Source of the DNA: Carcharhinus amblyrhynchos
Lineage: Eukaryota
Assembly: GCA_965287045.1 (NCBI GenBank)
Contig: OZ336873.1
Span: forward strand, 96,906,001-96,970,000
Direction: 5' to 3'
DNA: 64,000 bases
The notes under the pieces are model-generated. The model did not search any database. It was not told where the DNA came from and worked only from the letters and a program-made list of their open reading frames with translations. The translations under genes were made by a program, and so were the position numbers. Positions 12,968-26,027 of this stretch are shown here, one piece after another (position 1 is the stretch's first letter; every line of letters starts with the position of its first letter).

Positions 12968-15370
12968 GGGCCCTATTTTACCATTTTGATTCTAAATGCT
13001 GGGCGGACTTGAAGCTGGGAGTGTTTCTGATCAGTCTTTTAGACCCGTTCTCCTTGGTGTGCTCTTCCTCATCTTCCTCCTCCTCCTCTTCCTCCTCTTT
13101 CTGCTGATCAGCCTCCATGTCCTCCTTCTACTCCAACAGGTCAGCTCTTTGTTGAGACAGATTGTGTAAGGCACAGCATACGTTCACTATACGGGAAGAG
13201 ATCAGAGGGCTGCATTGGAGGGCCCCGCTAAATTGGTCCAGGCACTGGAATCGCGTTTTAAGGGTCCCAGTGTACCTCTCCACTATTGCGCGGATGGCTA
13301 TATGGATCTCATTATAGTAGGTCTCCGCCTTAGACACAGCCCTCTGCTCAGGCATCATCAGTCATGTTCGAAGTGGGTAACCCATATCACCCACGAGCCA
13401 CCCCCCCAGCCTGGGATCCTCCTCAAATGCCTCCAGGATGTCCCACCTCCTGACAATGAAGCTGTCATGCATGCTGCCTGGATGTCTTGTGCAGGCACGC
13501 ATAATATTCATGTTATGGTTGCACACGAGTTGAACATTCAGGGAGTGAAACCCCTTTCTATTGATGAATCTCCACGGATTTTGTATGCCTTGAGGGCAAT
13601 GTGAGTGCAGTTGATGCCCCCATGTATGTTAGGCATCGCTGTAATAGCTGCGAACCCTGCAGCCCGGGCTTCCTGATGGGACTGGTCTAGGTTAAATTTG
13701 ATGTATTGCCCAGACCGGGCATACAGGTTTCTGTGACCTGCCTCACACAGATGAGCACAGCTGACTGGGAAATGCCACAGACATCTCCGCTAGGGGTCTG
13801 GAAGGAGCCAGTTGGATAAAAGTTCAGAACGGCTGTCAATTTGACAGCCACTGTGAGTGGGCTCCCCCCCATCCCCCTCCACCTCTAGGTTCCAGGTCCT
13901 GCAACATGTTGCAGTGTCTCCTTTCAGAGGCGGAGCCAGCGGCAGTACACGATGTCTGACATCTGATAAAATGACACTTGTGCATGGAACTGCCGGGGTC
14001 TCTGCTCCCTCCTTTTCCTGCAACGCCCCCCACCCCCTCCCCACCTTCTGGGTGAATGGCGGCCGTCTCCTGCCTCTGGTGGCCGACTTCCTCTACTCCC
14101 AGGCCTTCTGTACCCACAATTCTTCTTCCAATTCCTCTTCCCCAGCTCCAGCAACAACCAAAAGAACAGCAAGATCAATTGGTTGCTTTGCAAAAGCCAT
14201 CTCGTCACTCTGAAGTGGGAGGGTGGAGATGGAAAGGAACACATGTAGAGATTGATGAATGCCACTTGCCTTTAGCACTTCAACAATCACAGCTCGCCCA
14301 CACCTAATTTCTCCGCCACACACTCCCCACAAGCACAGCCCCCCAGTTCCCCCAGCCACATACTCCCCACAATCACAGCCCCCCCAGTTCCCCCAGCCAC
14401 ATGCTCCCCACAGTCACAGCCCCCCAATTCCCCCAGCCACATGCTCCCCACAGTCACAGCCCCCCAATTCCCCCAGTCACATGCTCCCCACAATCACAGC
14501 CCCCCCCAATTCCCCCAGCCACATGCTCCCCACAATCACAGCTCCCCAATTCCCCCAGCCACACGCTCCCCACAATCACAGCCCCCCAATTCCCCCAGCC
14601 ACACGCTCCCCACAATCACAGCACCCCAATTCCCCCAGTCACATGCTCCCCACAAGCACAGACCCCCAATTCCCCCAGCCACATGATCCCCCAATCACAG
14701 ACCCCCCCAAATTCCCCTAGTTATTAGGTCCCCACAATCACAGCCCCCTCCTCCAAATTCCCCCAGCCACATGCTCTCTGCAATCATAGCTCTTTGCAAA
14801 GTTGAAAGGCTGCAGCAGTGCAATTTGCAAGGGTTTTGTGCACGTCCTTCAGTTGGAAGTGAGCTGAGTGCACAAGGATCCAGCAGCACCGCAAGACCTG
14901 AAGGTAGTGCTGAGATCTGGGTCTGAACTGCAAGTCAGACATTGGAGACCTTGCTGAGCAACAGCCACCCCCCTCCCGCCACTTCACACACTCGCAGAGC
15001 CGTCACCGACCCAAGAAAGTAAATGACTGCAACAAAAGAATACTCATAAACAGCAGAGAGCTGTTGGACGCTATGCACTTACCGCCTCATTCACCCTCGC
15101 TGATGGAGCATTCAAATTGGATTTTTATGGAGTGTGTTTGTTTTACAATGAATCTGGAATGGCGAATGCGGTGGTGAAGGAGAATGTGCCAATAAAGTTG
15201 GGTGTGCAGCCCATTAATTCAATTTACATGCATTCAAATGCATTTAAATGGCTATTGGGTGCAGTCCTGATCGCGGCCATTTTTGGGCCTTGGTAAAGGG
15301 GGAACTAGTGCAGAAGCAGGCACAGATCACACTGCTCGTCTCACACCCGATTTCATCAAGCTTTCGCATT
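12968..15370 (-). mobile_element. Harbinger DNA transposon with degraded HARBI1-like transposase
   Basis: Minus-strand fragments LTVAVKLTAVLNFYPTGSFQ...GISQSAV, and YNEIHIAIRAIVERYTGTLKTRFQCLD...CCALHNL. Terminus GGGCCCTATTTTACC at ~12968 is shared with 48755 and 59944; subterminal block at 15100-15370. Confidence 0.85.
14310..14780. repeat. C-rich minisatellite, ~39-40 bp unit, roughly 11 copies
   Basis: Unit CACAATCACAGCCCCCCAATTCCCCCAGCCACATGCTCCC repeated head to tail inside the Harbinger element. Confidence 0.95.
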
Positions 15371-15760
15371 TTGTATTCTAAATGGAATCTAAGAAGAGCC
15401 TTATAGAACTGTAACATAACTTCCATCACTTTGTATTCCAGTAACCCTGAAATAAAGGCCAATGTTTCATTAGCCTGGTTCATTGTTTTTCACACTTATC
15501 CATTCGCCTTTAGTGATTTTTCTATTTGGGCCACAAAACTCTGGCCTCTCACAGTTCATGGTTTCTCATTTAAAAAATATCTTTCTTAAATCCAAAGTGA
15601 ATTACCTCATATTTTCCCATATTAAGCTCCATCTGCCACAGTTTTTGTCTGATTCATGCAGTTTACTCAGGCCCTTTTGCAACTTCTTGTTTCCATTTGC
15701 ATCATTTGCTTTGTCAGCTGACTTGGTGGCAGCCTCAAACCTGGATACATGACTTGCTAG
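15370..15760 (-). mobile_element. Old CR1 LINE fragment
   Basis: Minus translation ANETLAFISGLLEYKVMEVMLQFYKALLRFHLEY resembles CR1 ORF2. Confidence 0.7.
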
Positions 15761-15769
15761 TCCTTAATA

Positions 15770-15975
15770 GATGCAAATTACTGTGGATGCTGGAATCTGA
15801 AACCGAAAGAGAAAATGCCGGAAAACCTCAGCAAGTCTGGCTGTATATATAAGGAGAGAAAAGATGTTTCAAGTCCAGATGACTCTTTGTCAAAGCTAAA
15901 AGACATAGAAAGTGGAAGATATTTATACTGTAGGGTGAGGGAATGAAAGATGAGTCATAGCCACAGAAACAAGCC
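15770..15975 (-). mobile_element. Penelope pLTR fragment
   Basis: CAAATTACTGTGGATGCTGGAATCTGAAAC...CTCAGCAAGTCTGG motif, also at 39845, 45785 and 52890. Confidence 0.65.
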
Positions 15976-16289
15976 TCTGACTCTCTTTCCAAGTTGGAGA
16001 CATTGATGCAGCGTCCTGGGCATGAGGGAGCTGACTATTAGAAGTTTAAACTTCATGGACATTTCCCATATAGATGCGCACATCAGGACTTCCACAGGTT
16101 CTATGTGCACCTTCAGTCATGTGTTCAATCGTTGATCATTTGGAGAGTGGAAGATATGCCCTTGATCTGTACTCCTAACTCCTAACTATTTTGTTACCTG
16201 TGACAACATGTTACCTCTCATTCCAGGTGGTCACATTCTGGTTAACAGGTACTTATGTGGAACTTTTTCAAATATTTCCCAGAAATAAA

Positions 16290-17480
16290 CAAAAAACAAA
16301 GATCAAAGAAAATTACAGCACGGGAACAGGCCCTTCAGCCCCCCAAGCCTGTACCGACCATGCTGCCCGACTTAACTAAGACCCTCTATGCTTCAGGGGA
16401 CCATATCCCTCTATTCCCATCTCATTCATGTACTTATCAAGACGGCTCTTAAAAGTCACTACCGTATCTGCTTCCACTACCTCCCCCGGTGACGAGTTCC
16501 AGACACCCACCACACTCTGTGTAAAATATTTGCCTTGTACATCTCTTTTAAACCTTGCCCCTTGCACTTAAACTTATGCCCCCTAGTAATTGACTCTTCC
16601 ACCCTGGGAAAAAGCTTCTGACTATCCACTCTGTCCATGCCTCTCATAATCTTATAGACTACTATCAGGTCTCACCTCAACCTCCGTCGCTCCAGTGAAA
16701 ACAAATCAAGTTTCTCCAACACTCCTCTTAGCTAATGCCCTCCATACCAGGCTACATCCTGGTAAATCTTTTTTGTGCCCTCTCCAAAGCCTCCAGATCA
16801 TTCTGGCAGTGTGGCGACCAGAATTGAACCCTATATTCCAAGTGTGGCCTCACGAAGATTCTATAAAGCATCAACATGACTTGTCGCTTTTTAAACTCAA
16901 TACCCCGGCTGATGAAGGCAAGCATGCCGTATGTCTTCTTGACTACCTTCTCCACCTGCATTGCCGCTTTCAGTGATCTGTGTACCTGTACACTCAGATC
17001 CCTTTACCTATCAATACTCCTAAGGATTTTGCCATTTACTGTATATTTCCTATCTGTATTAGACTTTCTAAAATGCATTACCTCACATTTGTCCAGATTA
17101 CACTCCATCTGCTATCTCTCCACCCAACTGATCTATATCCTACTGTATCCTTTGGCAGTCCTCATCACTATCTGCAAATCTACCCTTTGTGTCGTCTGCA
17201 AACTTACTAATCATTCCTGTTACATTTTCCTCCAGATCGTTTATATATATTACAAACAGCAAAGGTCCTAGCACTGATCCCTGAGGAACACCACTTGTTA
17301 CAGCCCTCCATTCAGAAACACATCCTTCCACTGCTATCCTCTGTCTTCTTTGACCGAGCCAATTTTGTATCAACCTTGCCAGCTCACCTCTGATCCCATA
17401 GAAGCCATACAAACATCATCGATAGACACTTCTGACAATTGTTACCTCCTCAAAAAATTCCAACAAAGTAGTTAAACATT
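16290..17480 (-). mobile_element. CR1 LINE, 5'-truncated, frameshifted RT
   Basis: ORFs with [33 protein letters not shown]; 3' end with (ACAAAGA)-like tail near 16295. Confidence 0.9.
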
Positions 17481-18047
17481 GCAGTGCCTTTTACAAATAT
17501 CTCTTTCTGATCAGTTCATATTTTTCCACTCTAGGCAGAATTTAACATGCTCCCTGGAGCAAATTGAAAGGCGGGAGTGTAGAATTGGGAGGGAAGGTGA
17601 GAAGGTTGGGTGGGGATGGAATGCTCATCTTATTCCTGGTACCATGCAGCTCACGCAACCCATTACCTTTCCACCCAGACATAAACTAAGTCCCTTAAGT
17701 GATGAAGGGACTCTTCCCACCATCGCTGAATTTTACCAGTAGTGTGTTGGAGGGATCGAATGAACGGAGCATCCAAGCCTATATAGGGCGTCAGTAAAAG
17801 TGGTTTATTCAAGCTTGTTCAACATACATGAGTGAGGGCACACAGAGCTATAATTCAACATAGCTTCAGAGCTACTCTGTCTCTTGTGGGCTCTCACTGC
17901 ACTCTTATACCTTATCCTGATTACATATGAGGTTCCGATTAAATCATCATCTTGTTACTCTAAATTTTGTTTTTGTCACATTGTGCTATCTCAATTGTCC
18001 TGTGTGCTTTTATCTTTAGCCATTCTCTTGCTCCTATGCTTAAAATT

Positions 18048-18352
18048 TAAAGTTTATTTATTAGTGTCACAAGCAGACTTACATTAACACGCAATGAAGT
18101 TACTGTGAAAATCCTCTAGTCGCCACACTCTGGCACTTGTTCGGCTACACTGAGGGAGAATTTAGCATAGCCAATGCACCTAATCAGCACATCTTTCATA
18201 CTGTGGGAGGAAACCGGAGCACTGGAGGAAACTCACCCAGACATGGGGAGAACATACAGACTCCGCACAGACAGTGACCTAAGCCAGGAAATGAAATGGG
18301 TCCCTAGTGCTGTGAGACTACAGTGCCAAACGCTGTGCTACTGTGCTGCACC
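18048..18352 (-). mobile_element. HE1-like V-SINE
   Basis: Reverse complement of the SINE consensus seen at 490, 37000 and 51865. Confidence 0.8.
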
Positions 18353-19378
18353 ATATCCTGTGTTAATCATGTCTCCCTCATAATAACAAGTCCTTCTAAC
18401 ACGTAAATTTCAACTGTGGACATCAGTAACCATAGTTACCTTGACGCTTGATTGGTCTTCTGGAGGCACAATGGATCCTGGCATTATCTCCAGATACTGT
18501 GGAGTCATGGTAAATAATCTTTAATGTTGCTACAATCTCTGAAGAGTAGCACCTGCATTGTGACTGTTTAGTATTGTCTGGGAGATCGTTATTAGAAGCT
18601 GGGTTCCATATACCTTCCTGCAGCAAGTTTTGATATTTCAGCCAGAATGCCTTTTTAACCTTTTCTGTTTGTTCCAGTCTTGTTTCAACCTAAGCTCCAT
18701 TTTAACCCTACAGAAATTGGGCATACTGCACGCAGAGACCACTGATTTAATGCTGACAGCCTCACTACGAGTTTGGGGGTGAAGCTCTCCTGATTGGGCA
18801 TTCTGTGTGCTCCTGGAGGGCGGCCACACTGAGCTGCCACATCATCATCTCACCTGTCAGCTTCACTGGGGCCTGTCTGACTGGTCCGACAACCAGTTCT
18901 TGGTTCCAGGGTGACATCCATAATGTGGCTGTGGGCCAGCTGTTTTCCCCGGAGTGGCCATTATACCCGGTTGTATCGCCAGCCCTGAAGACCTGCCTGC
19001 CCTCTAATTGATTGGCAGCTCTTGGAGGTGGGATCGCAGTCCTTAAAAGGCTGTGAACACTGACACCAGGTAGGGCAAAGAGAGTGGGGTGGAGCTCCCA
19101 CATACAGCAGAGGTGGGATTGCCCCTGCCTTTTTGGTCCAATTTCAAAGCCTCTGTTGTCCCCAAATAATTCACCCCTCTGACTCTAAAAATAGATTCTA
19201 AAAGCTTCCGAACAACAAATATTAGACTAATAGACCTATCATTTTCTGGTTTATCCCTCCTACCATAGTTAAATAATGATAATGGCAATTTTCAAATTTC
19301 AAGATCATGATTACAGTATCTATAATTTAATTGTTTGGAGGTTCAGAACTTGAGTATTTCTGCAGAAACATACAATTT

Positions 19379-19412
19379 TGTCGAAACTTTTCATCTTGCA
19401 CTCATCAGGACA
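19379..19412 (-). ncRNA. Minimal type I hammerhead ribozyme motif in a Penelope-like remnant
   Basis: Minus strand reads TGTC-CTGATGA-GTGCAAGAT-GAAA-AGTTTC-GACA: intact CUGAUGA and GAAA core, stem I TGTC/GACA, UC cleavage context. Confidence 0.6.
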
Positions 19413-20164
19413 TTTGAAAAAATCAATCTAAGCAAAATCACCAAAGTTGTATCAGAAGAAAGTGCTGACTGGTTGGCAAGTGGAGTCTGATTGGTCAAAG
19501 CATTATCATGGAGACTGAAGGCTTGTACAAGTTTAGAATTGTGAGAGGGGTAAAAATCCAGGAGTTGTGGACACTGAAAAATTTACACGCTCAGGGACAG
19601 GGCACTGCTGTTTGCAGGAACATATCAACAACTGGACAAGAGCTGCATGATTGTGTAACAAAATGTACATGGAAAATTTTAATTGATAGTCTCAGTTGAG
19701 CAAGCAAAATTGAATGTTTGCCAATAGGAGATTGTTAATCAGCTTAGGGGAAAACAAAAACTGCTTTATTTACAGGTAAAAGCTACACAGAGGCTTGCAG
19801 CCTCTGGCTGCAGTCAGCTCCCAAGAAATTTCTGGATCAACAACCCCCCAAGATCACCTGGGTGATTCACCAACCTGTTCCCCGATTGGGTCCCCAATCT
19901 GACCTTTACTCTGTAGAGGATCCTTAAAGTGGCAATCACCATAGATAGAGACTGTCCAAGAGCATTACAGTTTGAGAAAAGGACAAAGCAAGAAAGACTC
20001 AGGGGCACGAATTTAGACATAGGAAGCTGGAAAATTAGCAAGAAAGTCAAACATTATGAGAAAAGATGTGCATTCTGCCAGCCAGATATAACATGGGAAA
20101 TACGTATCTTGTGTTGGTTTGTAAATCACTGCCTGAACTTTAGCTTTAGTGTTTAATTTTGATA

Positions 20165-20370
20165 TGGAACATAGAACATAGAAAATCTACAGCACAAACA
20201 GGCCCTTCGGCCTACAAGTTGCACTGATCATATCGCTACCTACTAGGCTTACCTATAACCCTCAATGCTATTAAGTCCCATGTTCTCATCCAGAAGTCTG
20301 TTAAAAGACCCTATTGAATTTGCCTCCACCACCATTGATGGCAGCCAATTCCATTCACCCACCACCCTCT
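20165..20370 (-). mobile_element. CR1 LINE 3' end
   Basis: (ACATAGA)n tail and 3' UTR nearly identical to 4366-4580. Confidence 0.85.
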
Positions 20371-20459
20371 TTCTTTTCTTTCTCTTAATAAACTTGCTCC
20401 ATAACTGAACATCATCACGTCAGATTCCATTGTAAGTCTTTTCTTTCACATCTCTTCTT

Positions 20460-23400
20460 GACCAAAGCCTATAACTAGGGCTGTAGATAGGACTTTAAAC
20501 TAAATAGTGGAGGGGGGTTGTTGGCCGGGGGCGGGGGGGGTGGTTCAGTTGTATAGAGAATTAGAAAATTAAAGGAGAGAGTAGAAGTGCAGCTTAATGA
20601 TGAGGACTTTCAACTAGTTAAAGGAGCTGAGGGCTCAGGGGAGGTTAGAAAAGTTTCAAGACCTCATAATAGAACAGAGCGTATGGAAGGTAGCAGGAAT
20701 CTAACCTCAGGCTGAGCAAAAAAGGTGACAAGTATGAAAAGGGAGGTGGTCAATGCAGGACTGAGGGTGTTGTACCTAAATGCGTGCAGTGTATGGAACA
20801 AGGTGAATGAGCTTGCTGTGTACATTGAAATTGGCCAGTATGATGTTGTAAGCATCTCAGAGACATGGCTGCAAGGGGATCAGGGTTGGGATTTGAATAT
20901 CCAAGGATATGTGTCCTATCGAAAGGACAGGCAGATGGACAAAGGGGACAGGGTTGCATTGTTCGTAAGGAATGAAGCTAAATTGATAGCAAGAAGTGAT
21001 ATAGGATCAGAAGGCATAGAATCTTGGTGGATGGAGTTGAGGAATCGCAAAGGTAAAGAGACCTTGATGGGAGTTATGTACAAGCCCCCTAGCGGTAGTC
21101 AGGATGTGGGGCAGAAAATAAATCAGGAGATAGAAAAGGCATATAAAAAAGACAATATTACAAGAATCATGGGGGACTTCAATATGCAGGTGGACTGGGA
21201 AAATCCGGTAGATAGTGGATCCCAAGAAAAGGAATTTGTGGAATGTCTAAGAGATGTTTTGTTTTGTAGCAGCTTGTAATAGAGCCCTAGGGAACAGGCA
21301 ATCCTGGATTTAATGATGAGGCAGACTTGATTAGGGAACTTCAGGTGAAGGAATCCTTAGGGAACAGTGACCACAATATGATAGAATTTACCCTGCAGTT
21401 TGTGAGGGAGAAGCTGGAATCAGATGTAATGGTATTATAATTATTGTGTGCAATTCTGGTCACCCTATTATAGAAAGGATATTATTAAACCAGAAAGAGT
21501 GCTGAAAAGATTTACTAGGATGCTACTGGGACTTGATGGATTGAGTTATAAGGAGAGGCTGAATACAAAGAACAAAGAACAAAACAGCCCCTTTGGCCCA
21601 ACGAGCCCGCTCCGCCATTTTAATAATATGAGTCCCCCTTCCACCCATGACCCTTGTCTATGCTTATGGCATTCCACATTGAGGGAAGACTAATTTAGGG
21701 ACAATTTGTTACACCAATCAGCCTAATAGCACATCTTTGGGGTGTGGGAGGAAACCAGAGCACCCGGAAAAAACCCACGCAAGCACGGGAAGAATGCACA
21801 AACTCCCGCAGACACTGGCCCAAATCCATGTATCTGCACAGCAAACAGTGATAGTCACTGAGCTGTCGTGTTGCCCAGCATCTGGTCCACTTTAAGCGAC
21901 GTGAACGGCGTGAAGTACTAGGCTATTCTCGAAACAACCAAGAGCAGCCCTCATACGACCCATCACATGTATGCCCCTTGTTGGACAGCAAGGCAGACCG
22001 AAGCACCTGTGGGTTAAAAGAGAAAAACATCAGTATCATCCACAGGGACTTTTCATAGACTGGGAATTTTTTCTCTGGAGCGTAGGAGGACCTTATAGAG
22101 ATCTATAAAATAGTGAGGGGCTTAGACAAGGTAGATAGCTAATATCATTTCCCAAAGGGGAGTCTAAAACTAGAGGGCATAGGTTTAAGGTGAGAGGGAG
22201 AGATACAAAAGTGTCCGGAGGGGAAGGTTTTTCACACAGTGGGTGGTGGGTGTCTGGAACAAACTGCCAGAGGTAGTAGTAGAGGTGGGTACAATTTTAT
22301 CTTTTAAAAAGCATTTAGATAGTTACATGGGTACGATGGGTACAGAGGGATATGGGCCAAATGTGGACAATTGGGATTAGCTTAGGGGTTTTAAAAAAAA
22401 GGGTGGCATGGACAAGCTGTAAACCTCTATGACTCTATGACAATTAAACAAAGGTAATTAAATGAGGGAGGAGCTGGCCACAATTGATTGAAAAGAGAAC
22501 CTCGCAGGGAAGACAATGGAACAGCAATGGCAGGCATTTTTGGAGGTTATTCGGGAGACACAACAGAAATGCATCCCTAGGAAGAGGAAACATGCTAAGG
22601 GGAGGACGAGACATCCATGGCTGATGAGGGAAGTCAAGGATGGCATAAAATCAAAAGAAAAAGCATACAAAATGGCGAGGATTAATGGGAAGTCAGAGGA
22701 TTGGGAGACTTTAAAAGTGAGCTGAGGACAACTGAAAAAACAATTAGGGGGGAAGATGAAATAGGAGTGTAAGCTAACAATATAAAAGAAGATAGGAAGA
22801 GTTTTTTTCAATATATATAAAGTAAGAGGGAGGCAAAATAGATATTAGATAACTGGAAAATTAGGCTGAAGAAGTAATAATGGGAAACAAAGGAATGACA
22901 GGGGAACTGAATAGTTCCTTTGCATCAGTCTTCATGGTGGAATACACCAGTGGGATGCCAGAGCTCCAGGAAAGTCAAGGGGCACAGGTGAGTGTAGTGG
23001 CTGTCAGTAAGGAGAAGCTTCTGGGGAAACTGAAGATCTGAAGGTGGATAAATCACCTGGACTGGATGGACTATACCTCAGGGTTCTAAAAGAGATAGCT
23101 GAGGAAATTGTGAAGGCATTGGTGGTGATTTTTGAGAAATCACTGGAGGCAGGGAGGGTCTCAGAGGACTGGAAAATAGCTAATGTAATGCTGCTGTTTA
23201 AGAAGGGAGGGAAGCAGTAGACAGGAAATTATAGGCTGGTTAGTCTGACTCCAGTCATTGGCAAGATTTTAGAGTCCATTATTAAAAATGAGATCGTGGA
23301 GTACTTGGAAGTGCATGATGAAGTAGGACTGAGTCAGCTGCTTCATCAAGAGAGGTCATGTCTGACAAATCTGTTAGAGTTCTTTGAGGATGTAACAAAG

Positions 23401-23555
23401 AAGTTAGACAAAGGAGAAGTGGTGGATGTGATTTATTTAGATTTCCAGAAAGCCTTTGACAAGGCATAGGAGGCTGTTAAATAAGTTAAGATCCCATGGT
23501 GTTAAGGGTAAGATCCTGGCATGGATAGAGGATTGGCTGACTGGTAGAAGGCAGT
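20460..23555 (+). mobile_element. CR1 LINE ORF2 (APE endonuclease to RT), degraded, with a nested CR1 (21445-22440) and a nested composite element (21562-22050)
   Basis: ORF 20725-21279 LYLNACSV..SETWL..YRKDR..MGDFN (endonuclease); resumes at 22441 with GNYR.VSLT and DFQKAFDK remnants. Confidence 0.85.
21562..22050 (-). mobile_element. Composite SINE-body/LINE 3' UTR element (truncated copy of the family at 62284-63320)
   Basis: Shares the V-SINE-like body plus a ~150-bp unique segment (GAAGTACTAGGC..CCAAGAGCAGCCC..ATGCCCC) with 62440-62745. Confidence 0.75.
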
Positions 23556-26027
23556 TTTTGGCCTGGGCTTGAAATTATGGCAAAAATTTAAGAAGACTTT
23601 CAAATGACTTGTGTGAATCATTTGTTTTCTAAATAAATGAACTCTGAAGGAATTTGATGTGATGCTACTAGAAACAGTAACACGTGCACTCTTTAAAGTG
23701 CTCGGACCACGGAAAGCTATGTGGCAGTTTCATGAATTTCAATAGAGGGCCCAAAATCTGCCATTTGAAGTATGCTGCTGATGATACGCAGACATCACAA
23801 AAATAAGCAGTGTCAGCGTTTGGTAAGGTGTTCTAAATATACCCCAAGTAAGTCCATGAAATCCTAAAAGGGGAAATAGAAATGTTGGAGTCAAAAAGTT
23901 GCTGAAAGATGCTTTCCTGGTAAGTGTTTTTTTACATTAAAAGGATGCTTTTTTTGCCAATGTTAGGTGCCTCTTTGCTCCATGATTGACAGATATTTTC
24001 AAATCTGATATTCCTGTGAATAAACACCAGCTAAAAAAGTTATTATTGAGTAATGTCACGCCAAAAGATGCTTCGTTCACTGATACTCAGAAGGATAATA
24101 ATAGCTAATGGGATGATAAATGACATTAAAGATTATAAACTTAGTTTATCGTTAATAAGTTAGTTGCCAAGGTTACATTACAATGATAAACTTCCATGGA
24201 AGTTACACTCGAATGGTCTTTGTTTATTTTTGACCATATCATTTTCAGTTTTTAAGGAGGCTATTGACATAATTCCTCAATTTGCAAAATCTCTGTGCAT
24301 TTACTTGTTTTAAAATAATCTGCATTTAAAATTCTGATTCAGAGGGCTTTGTTTAATGACCTCCCCACTGAACATATTTTCAATGAGTAACACACACAAA
24401 ATATGAGACGCACAAGTCCGCCACCTCCCTACCCACACCTGTGCTGTCCCTCATGATATGCCAGGTAGGCATTACTAAAGTCGGCAGCCTGTCCACCAGA
24501 TTTAAATAAATGATTAAAGATCAATTGCACTTGTTCTCAAGCCAATTAATTGCACTCCTACAATACCATTGGCATGAGCAGATAGGGGCAGTGGACAGTA
24601 CGTTTTTTTGAGAGCAGATTGAAAAGGGTCAGGAAGGAAGGGGTCACATCATTCAGGGCATTGCCCTGTGTTCATTGTGGTCCTGCCTCCCAAAATATCA
24701 CCCCTCCCATTCATTCCTCGCTGCCTGCCCTCCAAAGCCTGGTCTCATCTACTTCTCCCTGTTCTCTGGGTTCTCTGACTCCTCATCACCCTAAAAGCTC
24801 TGTACTTGCATCTCTTCGGCAGCAATCATTTCTCTTCCTTCAACCTCTTGGTGTCCTGGCAGCGCCCGCACCCCTGATGTTATCAGGACTGTTTAAGCTG
24901 CCAGCCAACCTGATTGGTCAGCAGCTCTCAAGGAGGGTTATATGTCCCATTCACATGTTGTTTAGCCCACTCAGCAGCATGTCAGGGCTGTGTGTTGGGC
25001 TTTATTCCAGTGCATTGACAGTTGGCCAACTGTCCTTTTACAAGTGGGTTGGGATGGGCAAACAGTCCAACCTCCCATAAAATCCAATCCAGGAGACTGT
25101 AATCATTCTAATCTCTGTTTCTACCATGGAATCTCATGCAAATAGCAACAGAGTGCCTCTAGTGAGCAGATGGAATGACCACTCATTGAAACTGAACACA
25201 GTCTCTGTTTGGATGTTATTTAAAATAAGTTGTGAGCACAGTAAGGTATACTATCCCTGACAACATCTATCTGTACCAGAGAGTGAGATGAGGGCTGGTA
25301 AAAAGTATTCCAGAAAATTGTCAGGAACAGAATCTCCCTGTGGTTTAATAATGCTGTGCCCAGTGTTTAGTTGTATTTCCCTACCACCAAAGCTCAGCGC
25401 GTCCTGTTCAGACAGATGGCTTCTCCAGACAGCCTGATCAACTGTTCAATTGCTGAGGTGGATAGGATAACCAGCCCCAGATCATTTACCCAGACAGCAC
25501 TTAAATAACCTGGAAAATAGTTTAATTTGTATGTCGGGGAGAAGTGATTCTGTGCTTGAACAAACATGCTGGAAACAAATCTGTTAATTCTTAAGGTGAG
25601 GACTGACTGGAACAGTCCAGCACGAAAGGAAACCATTCACCCCTTCAAATCTGTGCTGGGCCTTTCAAAGAGTAATCCAGTTACCTCCCACTCTTTCCTG
25701 ATATCTGTGATTCGTGTCTCCTTCAGGTATTAATGCATTTCCATTTTGTAAGTTACTCCAGAATATGTATCCATTACCCTGTCAAAGACATTCCAAATTG
25801 GAATCACTTGCTGCGTTTAAATAAAAATCTCCATCATGTTGTCTTTGGATTTTTTGCCAATCACTTAAAAACTGTACCCTCTCATTATAACCACTTCAAC
25901 CATTAAAAACCGCTTCTCTTTATTTATTGTATCTCCAGTTTATCTACTGTAATTATATACCCTCACATGGTGATTGTCTCTGTTAGGGCAGCACAGCAGA
26001 AGAGGCTTAAGGCATCGTTTGAGACTG

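Noticed and set aside
13128-14200. Domesticated HARBI1 host gene
   Set aside because: Multiple frameshifts and flanking transposon termini indicate a decayed transposon copy
14310-14780. CRISPR array or Pro/His-rich protein gene
   Set aside because: Units are head to tail with no unique spacers, the context is eukaryotic, and the ORFs in all frames are by-products of the minisatellite
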